Assembly (NCBI GenBank): GCA_023334545.1
Contig: JAADVB010000015.1
Coordinates: 1-64,000 of the forward strand
Source of the DNA: Salisapilia sapeloensis CBS 127946
Taxonomy: Eukaryota; Protista; Oomycota
Length of the DNA stretch: 64,000 nucleotides
Direction of reading: 5' to 3'
The first letter of the stretch is position 1; the number at the start of each line of letters is the position of its first letter. The translations under genes and the position numbers were made by a program. The notes beneath the pieces are model-generated. The model saw nothing but the letters and a program-made list of their open reading frames with translations, was not told the origin of the DNA and searched no databases. Positions 33,688 to 46,257 of this stretch are shown here, one piece after another.

Positions 33688-34861
33688 TTGGACCTGAATA
33701 CAATAAACTTGATCGTGGCCTTCTTGCAACTTGACAAAGGTTCTCTTGCGTTACACCAAGACAGGTGCGCATGTGCACTTCGACTGGCGCCATCTATCTC
33801 GCTTGGTGATGTAGACGAAAGTACTTGTTACACGCCGAACAACGGCTGGACGATATGAAACCATATAGGTACGACTGTGCGAACTGAGAAGGGTCCTGCG
33901 TAGCCAATGGCGACTTTTGGATCTTCTTTCATATCCTCGACCGGGCTTAAGACTCTATAAACATTTCCCGCGACTTGAAGGCGGTTTCCTGACAGCGAAA
34001 GAATGAGTCAGGAAATAGATCGGCTGCTCTAGATACGTTAAACGCAAGGTTTGTGCTCGATGCAATTCGCCACCATAGAATTGCGTCGGCGACAGAGGTT
34101 CGCAGGAGTTACGCAAATGCTTCTCTAACTCTATCTGAACGTACTGTATCCTTTTGTCGCAGATATGCACTGGATGCGTTGCGTCACTATACAAAGGCAT
34201 TGTCTTCGTATCGAGATACACATGCCTGACCACTTTTAAAGCAACTCACATGACCATTGCTCTACGTTAAACGAAACTGGTGCATACTCATAAAGCTTCT
34301 TTGTTTTCTATTCTAGTAGAAGAGAGCTTTAATAGAGCTTCACGAGATAGTTTTCGCGCCACAATTTGCGAGGAATACACATATCTATGACCTTGAAAGG
34401 TCGTATCATCTTCAACCTCATTCTAGCACAATTCCACGCTCATCAAACGTACCATCGAGCTCCTCTGCAGAAGAAAAGCATCGAAATTAAAGTCGAGTCT
34501 ACGAAATCGCAGTATTTATCAAAAGCTTAGCAACGTTGTGTACCGTAGCAATAAGATCTTCTACGTCTTCATGCGAAATGCGAGCGTTAAAGTTCCTAGA
34601 CTTTCCGCATTACTCAGCCTAATATACTTCCAGAAGCTGTAATGAGGTATCAAGGCTTGCGTTCATGGAAACATTTCGAGTCTTACGGCCGCTAGACCTC
34701 CATCGCGACACTACATTTCCACACTTCCTCTACTCTCAAAACCAATTGTTCGTGCTCATCGGCGAACAGACTTGGAAGAAAACTCGTCGCAAAGGACGCA
34801 GCGCTACAGACATCAACTTATTGCATTTGCTTGGCGAAATTCTTGCAGCCGAATCACCTCA

Positions 34862-34879
34862 TCTCACTTGCCAATTTGC
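34862..34879 (+). promoter_or_regulatory. Inr+FPR-like core promoter of the tyrosinase-like gene
   Basis: TCTCACTTGCCAATTTGC (TCACTT + ATTTGC) lies just before the ATG at 34884 that starts a signal peptide. This argues against the longer 34665 ORF start. Confidence 0.5.
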
Positions 34880-34883
34880 GCCC

Positions 34884-36755
34884 ATGCAATCAAGCAGACC
34901 TCTCCTCATCTTCGTCTTAGTCACTTGCATCTCGAGCTTACTGCTCACTGGATCGCATGCCACTCACACGACATTCACCGATCCGACTTATGATTTGAGC
35001 ACTTGTGGTCCATGTGTTCGCCGTCCATGGTCTTCACTGACCAGTACCAAGCAACAATTGATTATCGATGCATTCAAAGAAGCAATGATGAGCGGTGATC
35101 ACGCTGCTTTCGCGGAAAGCCGTAGTGAGCTCCAGTCTTTCCAGGAGTCTCAGCTCACCTGTGCACACGCCCCTTGGCATCGTCGATTCCTACTGGCATA
35201 TGAAAGGATGCTACGTGGCCAAGGAAGCAGATTCTCTTGCTTGTGCTTACCATACTGGCCAGTCTATGAAGATCGTGCTAAATTTGTTGCCCAGCTCTGC
35301 TCAAGCTTTGGTCAGTGCTCCTCCATCTTACAGGCCTTTGGTGGACCCCATGGTTCTTACTCACATCTCTTTATTAATGGCGTACCTACTCAAGGTGAAT
35401 GCGTGGCCGAACCGCCAATGAACGAGTTCTGCCAGCAGTCAAACTTATCGCCTTCGCAATGCGCTAAGTGCATCACTCGTGGAAATTGGAACGCCAGGTG
35501 CTTTCCATCGGAAATGAGCTATAGCTCACTGGCTTATTTTTTGTCCATGCCATTCCAATTTGCCTGGTATAGCAGTAACGTTCATAACATGGCCTACGCC
35601 ATCTACAATGCCATGGGTGGTGCGATGACGACGCGAGCCGCTGCCTCGGAGCCCATTTACATTCTCCTCCAGTAAGTACACTCCTATGGACATGATCCAT
35701 CTCGATTGTAACTAATTACGTTTCTCTCTTTCAGGACAACCGTAGATATGCTTCATCAGAAAAACTACGACTGCCAGATCGGATATCCTCTAAGTGACTA
35801 CCAAAAGCGGACTTCTGCGTTTGCGTACCAAACTTGTAATATGTCATCAAGTGCAGCCCGGCCTTGTCCGTCATCGTATGATGACATGACAATGAACTGG
35901 CAGCTTTACCCGAATCCGGCGCAGCACATTGAATCACATCCAAAGATTGGCAAGTACTTTAGCGGTTTGCCCCGACAGATATGGTTTTATCTGAACGCTA
36001 ATGACCTGGGGTACACGTACGAAACGTCCGAAGTGGATACACTCTTATTGGAAGCCGGCATGAACTGTCCCGCTGGCAGTATAACTCGTGATCGACGACT
36101 GCTTGAAGGAGTTGAGACTGTGAAAGAATTAGCAGCTTACCTGTCATCAAAGTCATCCACCGCTCGCCTTGCTATGGCTCGAAACGCCGTGGCGCTTCGA
36201 CGAGCATTCAAGAAAGCTCTTGCGGTGGATTCGAACAGGATGGCAGCACTTGAGCAAACGCAACTCGTCGAGTGTGCATACAATGACAAAGTCTTCGGTA
36301 GCACGGAAGACTACAGTGATGAGATGAGAGAACAATACAACATTCCGGATGGCAAGCACACGGTTTGCTACGAAAAGATGGGTGAATTACGATCTGGGAG
36401 GAAACGTATTTGGGATAAATACTGGTTCAGTCGTTTCTACAATACAGTCCAAGGTTTCGAAGATACCACTCGCGACCAAGACTACACTTTAACTACGAAC
36501 TTACAGCTTAGTGAAGATACGACTTTCACAACGCTGGAGGGAAGTAAAACAACAGAATTTTCAACCATCAGCCCAGTCACTTTGACGGAAGCAACATCAA
36601 CGACAAGCACAGAGACGCCAAGTATGGATACTATCGAGGACTCTACCCAAACAGCTTCTACAACGAATGAAATGGGTGACGAAAGCATGGTGCAAGCGAC
36701 GACTCTGGAAAGCACGACAACAGACTTCCAGGACGCTTCCTTGCACAATTTTTGA
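34884..36755 (+). CDS. Secreted tyrosinase-fold protein with degenerate copper sites and a Thr/Ser-rich tail (2 exons)
   Basis: Signal peptide MQSSRPLLIFVLVTCISSLLLTGSHA. Tyrosinase-like VRRPWSSL, PWHRRFLLAYERMLR, CLPYW, NAMGGAM, SEPIY and LGYTYE. Intron 35672-35734 joins ORFs 34665-35675 and 35748-36755 in frame. Confidence 0.85.
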
Positions 36756-37089
36756 TTCAAAGCTCATAGCTTTGTCAATGTTTTATGTTTCTGCTCTTTC
36801 GCTTCAACCATCGTGACTGTGAACGCCAAGCAATCACCAAAGTTACTAAACAAGTTTTCATTCCTACCTAATTTTCCATGACTTTGTATAAAAATGACAA
36901 GTGCACTCATAATCGAACTCTATATTACTTCTTTTCATTACCTCGTTCTTTTTCCTACAATTAGTTCATGCAAATGAACCAAGTAGAGATACTCTTGTCC
37001 ATCTCCCTCCATGTACCATACATGTGCCACTATCATAATTCTTCGCCTGGGTAGACACAACACCAGACACGACCGATATCGTATAGAAA

Positions 37090-39167
37090 ATGAAGAAGGG
37101 CGTAGTGAAAAACCGGGCGCCTGCGTCGATCCAGATTACGGCCGAGCAGATTCTGCTCGAGTCCCATGAACGCAAGGAAGAGGTTTCACGTCCGCCACGC
37201 AGACAGATTGCCGATGCAGGTGAGCTGCAGGAGTACCAAATGAGCAAACGCAAGGAGTTTGAGGACGAATTGCGACGACAGCGGCATCACATGGGTACTT
37301 GGATGAAGTACGCTGCGTGGGAGGAAAGCCAGAAGGAGTTTAAACGCGCTCGATCAATCTTTGAGCGTGCACTGGACGTGGACTACAAGACGCCCACCGT
37401 TTGGCTCAAGTACGCCGAGATGGAGATGCGACACCAGTTCTTGAATCACGCACGCAATGTATGGGATCGAGCTGTGCAGTTATTACCTCGTGTGAATCAG
37501 CTATGGTACAAGTACGCGTTCATGGAAGAGATGGTTGGGAACTTGGCAGGTGCTCGTCGTGTCTTTGAACGCTGGCTCAAGTGGATGCCAGACGACCAAG
37601 CGTGGTACGCCTACATCAAGTTGGAGCTGCGTGCAAATGCAGTGGAGAACGCTCGATCTCTGTATGAGCGATACTTGGTGTCGCATCCGAGTGAAAAGGC
37701 GTATCTCAAGTATGCCAAGTGGGAAGAGAAACAACAGCAGCAGCTTCCGAATGCTCGACGAGTGTACGAGAGAGCGTTGGAAGAGCTCCGGGAGGACGAA
37801 ATCTCCGAACGACTGTACGTGGACTTTGCGGCGTTTGAGCAACGGTGTCGAGAGTTTGAGCGCGCGAGAGCCATCTACAACTACGCACTGGACCGCCTCG
37901 ACAGGAAGAATGCACCCACATTGTACAATGCCTTCATCTCGTTCGAAAAGCAGCATGGAGATAAGAGCAGAGTGGAAGACGTGGTCGTTGCAAAGCGGCG
38001 TGTCGTGTACGAGAAGCAGGTGCAGGAGAACGCGTTGGACTATGACGCGTGGCTAGAATACGTCAAGCTAGAAGAGAGTGAAGGCGTTCGGACACAGAGC
38101 TTTGGTCGGGCGAGAGAAGTGTACGAGCGAGCTGTCGCGAACGTACCGCCAGTCCAAGAAAAGGTTTACTGGCGCCGATATATTTATCTATGGATCAAAT
38201 ACGCTCTCTTCGAAGAGCTGCTGACAGCAGAAGACGCGCCGCATCGAGTGGACCAAGTCTACAAGACGTGTTTGAGTATCATTCCGCATGAAAAGTTCAC
38301 TTTTGGTAAGATCTGGGTCTTGTACGCCAAGTTCCTGTTACGTCAGCGGGACTTGGAAGGTATGCGGAAGACGCTTGGTCAAGCCATCGGTCGTTGTCCA
38401 AAGCCCAAGCTCTTCCGCAGCTACATTGAGCTCGAGCGGATGATGGGTGAGGTGGATCGTTGCCGCAAGTTGTACGCGCAGTTCCTCATGTACGACAGTC
38501 GTGATTGTGCTTCATGGCATGCGTATGCTAGTCTGGAAGCGGATGTGGGTGAGATCGAGCGTGCTCGGAAGGTGTATGAGCTGGCGGTGAGTCAACCAGC
38601 GCTTGACATGCCAGAGCTCATCTGGAAAAAGTACATTGATTTCGAGACGAAGTTGGGCGACCAGGAGCTTACGAGAGCCTTGTACGAGCGACTGTTGGAG
38701 CGCACGAGTCACGTCAAGGTGTGGCTCGCCTTTGCTCAGTTTGAAGCGGATCGGAACGGAATGGAGGAAGCGAGAGACGTGTTGGAGAGAGCCCAGAGAG
38801 TGCTGAAAGACGCTGCCAAGGAAGACGAAGGGAGGAAGATGGAGAGAGTGCAATGTATTGAAGGATGGCTTGAGATGGAGAAGAAGCTAGGGACGAAGGA
38901 GGATGTGGACAAGGTGCAGAAGATGATGCCGGAGAAGGTGGTCAAGCAACGGATGGCGTACGCACAGGATGGGGTGCGTTTTAATGTAGTTTTGATGATA
39001 GTGTCGAAGCTGACGGTTGTGAAATGTAGACGGAGCTCGGCATGGAAGAGTACACAGATTATGTGTTTCCGGATGACGAGCAAGGGCAGTCGAACCTCAA
39101 ACTGCTTCAGGCCGCACAGCTTTGGAAGAACCGAAAACGTCAGCGTGAAGAAGACGGGTCGGCATAG
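37090..39167 (+). CDS. CRNKL1: Crooked-neck/Clf1 HAT-repeat splicing factor (2 exons)
   Basis: [20 protein letters not shown] and many HAT repeats ([18 protein letters not shown]). Last exon [16 protein letters not shown]...[12 protein letters not shown] follows a gtgcgt...gtag intron. Confidence 0.95.
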
Positions 39168-39933
39168 TGCTCGGGATAAACAAATATACTTTCATGCAGA
39201 TCAATTCGTATTCACACTCGTTATTAAGTATGTTTCGTCAACGTATATGTTTAGTGATACAAAGCTGGTGATTTATTATGTTAGTCTTTGCAGGAGACGA
39301 TTGCTCGCTTCAAGAATGTTGCCAGCCGCAATGTTATAGTGGAGAAGGCTATACGAGCAAGATTCTAGCATACTTTCTACCGATGGATTATGCGATAGAT
39401 GACCGATGGCTTGTACTTTGATATCGCGTATCTTGTTGAGTGGCTTAAGGCGGAATCATATTTGTGTTTGATGAAGGAAGTGCGGAACCTTCATGCTGTT
39501 CGTATAGACAATCGATTTGGGCAATCCAAAGCATTCCAAGTGATTTACAACAACTCGATGGCAATGATACGAGGTTATCTGCCTTTAAGAACCACAAGTA
39601 ATTTTGACGAGCACAAGATACTACCATTTAACATGACAACCATGTCGAGAGTGGTAAGTTCGCATTCTGAAATGCCAACGAAGACAAAGGTATAAAAATG
39701 TACTTTTAGATCTGCGGAGCTTGGAGCTCAAATTACGCGGAGTGCCTGTATGAGAAAGCAGAAACAAGGAGGCATTTGTTAAATAGATAATGACAGCATT
39801 CAAATCTAAATATACGTAAAGAATCGACATGGTAGATACACATCGGTCGTCAAGCAAAGTTTTTTCATCCGTCCTAAATCCAGATATAAATAAAATCAAG
39901 TTTGCAGCACTTAAGCAAAAAAAATCAAAAATG

Positions 39934-40005
39934 TGCGCCGTCGGGGAATTGAACCCCGACCTTCTCCTTGGAAGGGAGAAATCCTAACCATTAGACCAAC
40001 GGCGC
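39934..40005 (-). tRNA. tRNA-Gly(TCC), copy 1
   Basis: Reverse complement GCGCCGTTGGTCTAATGGTTAGGATTTCTCCCTTCCAAGGAGAAGGTCGGGGTTCAATTCCCCGACGGCGCA. It has an acceptor stem, anticodon arm TCTCC-CTTCCAA-GGAGA and T-loop GTTCAATT, a downstream T-run terminator and an upstream TATATATA. Confidence 0.95.
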
Positions 40006-41289
40006 TTGCGTATACCATCGCCTATATGTAGTTATATATAACATGTTAATTTAAAGTATAAAATTGTATACATGGAGCTAGCTGCTTTCTTGACAATTTT
40101 TATGAGTTCATCAATGTACGTAAACTCATCGCGTAAAACTCCATCATGTATAGCTATGACAGGCTGTTATAAATGCACGAATATCTCAAGCAATAAGTGA
40201 CGAGCGAGCCGTGGACGTTGCTGTTTTCAATGTGTTTTGTATTAAAGAAGCTAAAACATGGGTGTGCTCATTACTTGTATGCGAACTCGTCGTTATTTGC
40301 AGGTAAAGACTGTCGGACAACTCATTGCCGTCGATCAAATTCAACTTACGGAAACATTCCAGTGTAGTTTTGCGAGTAGCTATTGTTCACCCACTAGCTT
40401 CAGCCCATTATCTGAATATGGACATTTTCCATGACTATGTCTACTTGGGGTTCGGCCTATGAAGAATTAAAAACTTCGTATGACTCGAGAGCATTCGTTA
40501 CGATGTTGATCACAATTTAGATTACTAAGGTGGTCTTAAGTCGATGTGCCAGGACCGAAATTGGTCCATGCAATCATTTCGGTGTATGAGTAGCAGGGTG
40601 GACAAGTTGTTAGCGTTTAACTTTGAGCTACTACCTTGGGTCTGCTTCTCCGAAGTTAGTCAGGATGCGATGTTGCTGCCGAGCACGACATCGGATGTAT
40701 ATAGCTGACTAAACTAATACAATCCATTCAATAAAATATCGTTTACCAGACTTACCGTCATGCACGTCCCAGTTACTTTCAGGAATTATCCTAATTTTCA
40801 GCGAATACACGAACAGTATTAGCGTGCCTATTCTATACAAACAAACATGAGCTTAAACATCGTTCATTGTGCATTATGGGGATGTGTATCGACGTAGATG
40901 GCTTGTCAACGAATCACCAAAATGATCGTACTGATAGCGCTGTATGTTGATGTGTAAATGGCTGCGCAATATTTGCTAAGCCAGCGATACATTCCAGTGA
41001 GTTTTCACTTTTTAACCTCATTTCAATGCTACATTTTCCATTGAGGCTTGCAGCACTTCTGCAAATGCATATTATGCTAGATAGTGCGAGACATACTAAA
41101 TGTCTGCTCGGACCATTCAATCAATCTAACTTATAAATATCAAAATGTTGATCAGAATCCACGAACGAGATTAAATAGTGGAGTATTTTGCATTTTGATT
41201 CTCGTTGAAGTTACGGAAAGTTGGAAGATGGTTTCACACCGTGCTTCAACACAACTTCAATAAAAACCTACACATAGTATTAAACTTTG

Positions 41290-43379
41290 TGGCTGACCAC
41301 ATTCGACAAGCACGTGAGAAGCGCAATGTTCGTACGTATTCCATTCAGCTGCGCGACCATGGTGACTCGGAACAAACAGCTCCAATTCCCATCTCTTAGT
41401 GACGATGTAGCTGAATCAATCACTGCCATTTTTTCATCTCCAAGTATAAGCCTAATAAAAGTAAGTGAGTTTAACTCTATCGAACTGCTCCAATGATGGT
41501 GCACCCTCATCAAGTGCTCTGTTCTCGTTATGAGTGAGATGATGAAATTGACGACGCTGCCAAAGATGGCAGCTTCGAAGTCGTTACCACGCTCCATTCA
41601 TTTCGTCCACAATGATACTCTCCGTTGCAAGCGCTCGAAACTGCTGCCATCCACGGGCACTTGAGTCTAGCTCAATGAATGTGTGTCAATAGACCGTATG
41701 CGATGTTCAGACATTAATGCATGGATATGACAGCTTAAAGAGACCATCTAGAAACAATTCAGTGGCTTCATTCACTTGAAGAAAAAAGCAGTGGTGGCGC
41801 CACACGTGGTGAGAAGAGCAATGTGTGTGGTAAAAGTCATCTCGAACTCGCTCAATGGCTCTACCAGAATCGAAGTAAAGGATGTACGATAGGTGCTATG
41901 AATGGAGCAGCTATGAATGGCCATTTGTATGTACTGGAGTGACTAGAGGAAACCGGAAAGGAAGGATTTACGATTGAAGCGATGACAGGAGCGGATCTGA
42001 ATGGCCACATCCACGCCCTTGAGTATCTATCTGTTCGAGAGGTACAACGAGGTCCTAAAACATCTCCCCGTATGCTTGAACTGGCCGCTCGGGATAGTCA
42101 TTTAGAAACGATCAAGTGGTTGTTGGTCCATCGTAAGGAGAAACTGGTAGGGACAAAGGCGATCGAAGAAGCAGCTTTGAAAGATCACTTGAAAACCATC
42201 CTAAATATTTTAAAGCAAGTTCCACTGTATAAGCAAAAGCAAATGATTAAAAAGCTGTTATACAGAAGCAAATGCGAAACAGGTGTGAGTGTACTGCGCT
42301 GACTGTTGCTCGAGTATCCCAATCAATACTTTCCCGCCAGCAACGACCTGTGTGAGTGGGCTTCGGGTGGTGATCTCGACTGTCTTCGTCTGCTATTTGA
42401 GCACTATCTAGAAGAATTTGAGCGAGAGAACCCGGCGATGTATCGGTTGCAGCGAATCGTTACCAACTGCATGTCATAGCATACCTCGTTGGTGTATTTC
42501 AAGACGACAAAAAAACGTATATTCAGCTGGAAATTGCAAAAGCAATGCACACTTTACGTTCAGATGCGGGTATGGATAGTGTGAAAGATACAGCGATATG
42601 AGGTGCTGATATTGAAACGCTTACTTTCGTTTTGGAGACAGGAAAAGCTGATGGGATGCCCTATGCTATATATGCAGCTTAACGTGGACATTTAAAGACG
42701 ATTTAATCCCTATTGGAGACGAGAGATATCCCTTGGATGAAAATGATTATGGACACGGCAGCAGCTTATGGACGCATGAACGTTATTAAGTGGCTGCATG
42801 AGAGTCGGATGACGGATGGACTGAAGATGCTTTGAATGGCGCATGCAACTACGTTCATTTACCAGTGGTCAAATGCTGTATGACAACAGGAGGGAATGGT
42901 CTATCTCGGTTGCGATGGTTATTGCTGCTGACAGAGGTAACCTCGACATTGTTCAGTTCCTTCACGAGACTCAAGGTGCATATTCCTTTACCAGAGCTAT
43001 GTACAAGGCAAGCGCCAATGGATGTTTGGATGCCGTTCAGTGGTTGCATGAAAATCGATTGGTATGATAGGACCATAAGCTGATGGACCTCGCCATTGTA
43101 TCTGGGCATTCCGACATCTTCAGGCTTTTCAATGAGAATCGGACAGAAGGATGCTCGGAGCATGCAATTGATTCTGCAGCCTATGATGGTCACTTGAATG
43201 CGATCATCTATCTCCATCGCAATGGTCCGGAGGTATATTCGGCGAGAACGATTCAAGCAAGTGAAGAAGCGCACCAAGATAAAGTGGCACGATGGCTCAA
43301 GAAGCATAATCTGGTCTTTGCCGAATGTCACGAATGTCAGCAAGAGATGCGATCTAGTAGAAAACGTCGTCGAGATTGA
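41290..43379 (+). pseudogene. Decayed oomycete-type ankyrin-repeat gene
   Basis: Repeated remnants such as AMNGAAMNGHLYVLE*, MLELAARDSHLETIKWL, AMYKASANGCLDAVQWLHENR and RTEGCSEHAIDSAAYDGHL, broken by many stops and frameshifts. The 5' boundary is approximate. Confidence 0.85.
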
Positions 43380-43860
43380 GTCGAGGGACAAGCTACTGAG
43401 AGAAGACCTGACTAGTTTTCATTTCGAATGAATATTAGCGTTCTACATTTTAATTCATCTGATCAAGAGAATTTCTTCAATAATGTTTAAGTAGAGCATA
43501 TTCATAACTTATATAGGAACGCAAACACCCAGCTACTTGGTCTTTGAGAGCTTCGAGTATTGTATAATTGGCAATACTCTTACTGGGGTTCAAAATTTGC
43601 AAAAGTTCTACCACTAGGATCACCCCACAATTTAAAACTGGATGTTGTTCATGGCGCAAGCTACTTGTGAACTCATCTATAGAGAAAGTCAATCAGTAAG
43701 TATACGAAATCCTCATTTCAAAACGTGCTATACTATTTACCATTGAGGTGCTATTGAATAGATCTGTCGGCATCGCGGGCAGCAAAACAATATACATTTA
43801 GAACAACAAATTGAGATCATAAAGACATATCAATTCCTAGAAAAGGAAATGGCAAAAATG

Positions 43861-43932
43861 TGCGCCGTCGGGGAATTGAACCCCGACCTTCTCCTTGGAA
43901 GGGAGAAATCCTAACCATTAGACCAACGGCGC
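43861..43932 (-). tRNA. tRNA-Gly(TCC), copy 2
   Basis: Identical to 39934-40005, with a T5 terminator and an upstream TATATATA. Confidence 0.95.
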
Positions 43933-44775
43933 TTGTTATTTTTGGTGACAATATTACTATATATATAATAAATTTACTGTGTATTATAACACGAATGGGG
44001 CAACGTTGAATTTGTCGAGTTCAATTAAATTTATTTGGAAACTTGGACTACTTCTGCGATACAAAACTCTTCTGCGGTGCTTTGAGTAGTTCGTGTACAT
44101 AGATCATCCAAAAAATGTAATACGAAGATAGAAAACAGTTAAGAAGGAAGGCCACAAATCTAGTGTAGGTGAATACGCAGATTGGATTGATATTGTCACT
44201 TTGGATCTGTAGAGGCAGGCTAATAATTAAATGGGTGTTGTTACACGATCACAACGCAGTGATCGAGGCGATCCTACATTGCAACCGATGGATTCAGACG
44301 GGTAGTCATGACTCGCAATTGTATCTTAAGTATGCTTCCAAAGTCATGAATACTGCTTTATATTGTTTTCCGATGGAGGTAGATTATGTATTGGCAGACA
44401 GGTCCATTGCTTATATAAAAATATATTGACTTGATCCAGATACACGTCATAATCTGGTTCAAATCAAGCTCAGCGACATAAAATAGAAAGCGTTTGGTAT
44501 TCTGGAGACGATAAGTAAAGCTGTGAAAATATACAAGTCTACATGGACCTAACGGTACATTGGGATGTGCATTCGTGTAGTTGTACTACTGTAGCTATAA
44601 TAAAACATAGCACAGAATAAACGAAGTCACCTTGCCTATGTTGAGAGCGTGACGCTAGCATTTATCTTACTGCGTATAATAAGAAGGGCATCCACTATCA
44701 TGGCTTCAAAATGGAAACAAGTGTATTTACGGTATGTAAATTGCCCTTTTGCGATAGCACACAGAGCAATTGAGA

Positions 44776-46189
<1,414 letters not shown>

Positions 46190-46257
46190 CTACATTGAAT
46201 TTCAAAATTCTGATTACAAGATGTAATTTACGAGTGCGGATAGCTAAGGTGCACGAA

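Noticed and set aside
34665-34883. Long N-terminal extensions in the ORF track (also 1483, 3767, 15981, 30223, 46195, 54536, 58765)
   Set aside because: They arise from upstream or non-ATG starts. Downstream ATGs fit the signal/transit peptides, Inr motifs and family N-termini better.
39280-39900. Semi-open frames between CRNKL1 and tRNA copy 1 (e.g. 39399-39695)
   Set aside because: They are interrupted by stops with no recognisable family. They may be a relic, but this cannot be supported.
30235-43932. Pol III subunit gene lying near two tRNA genes as a functional cluster
   Set aside because: They are 6-10 kb apart with unrelated genes between, and no mechanism requires linkage.
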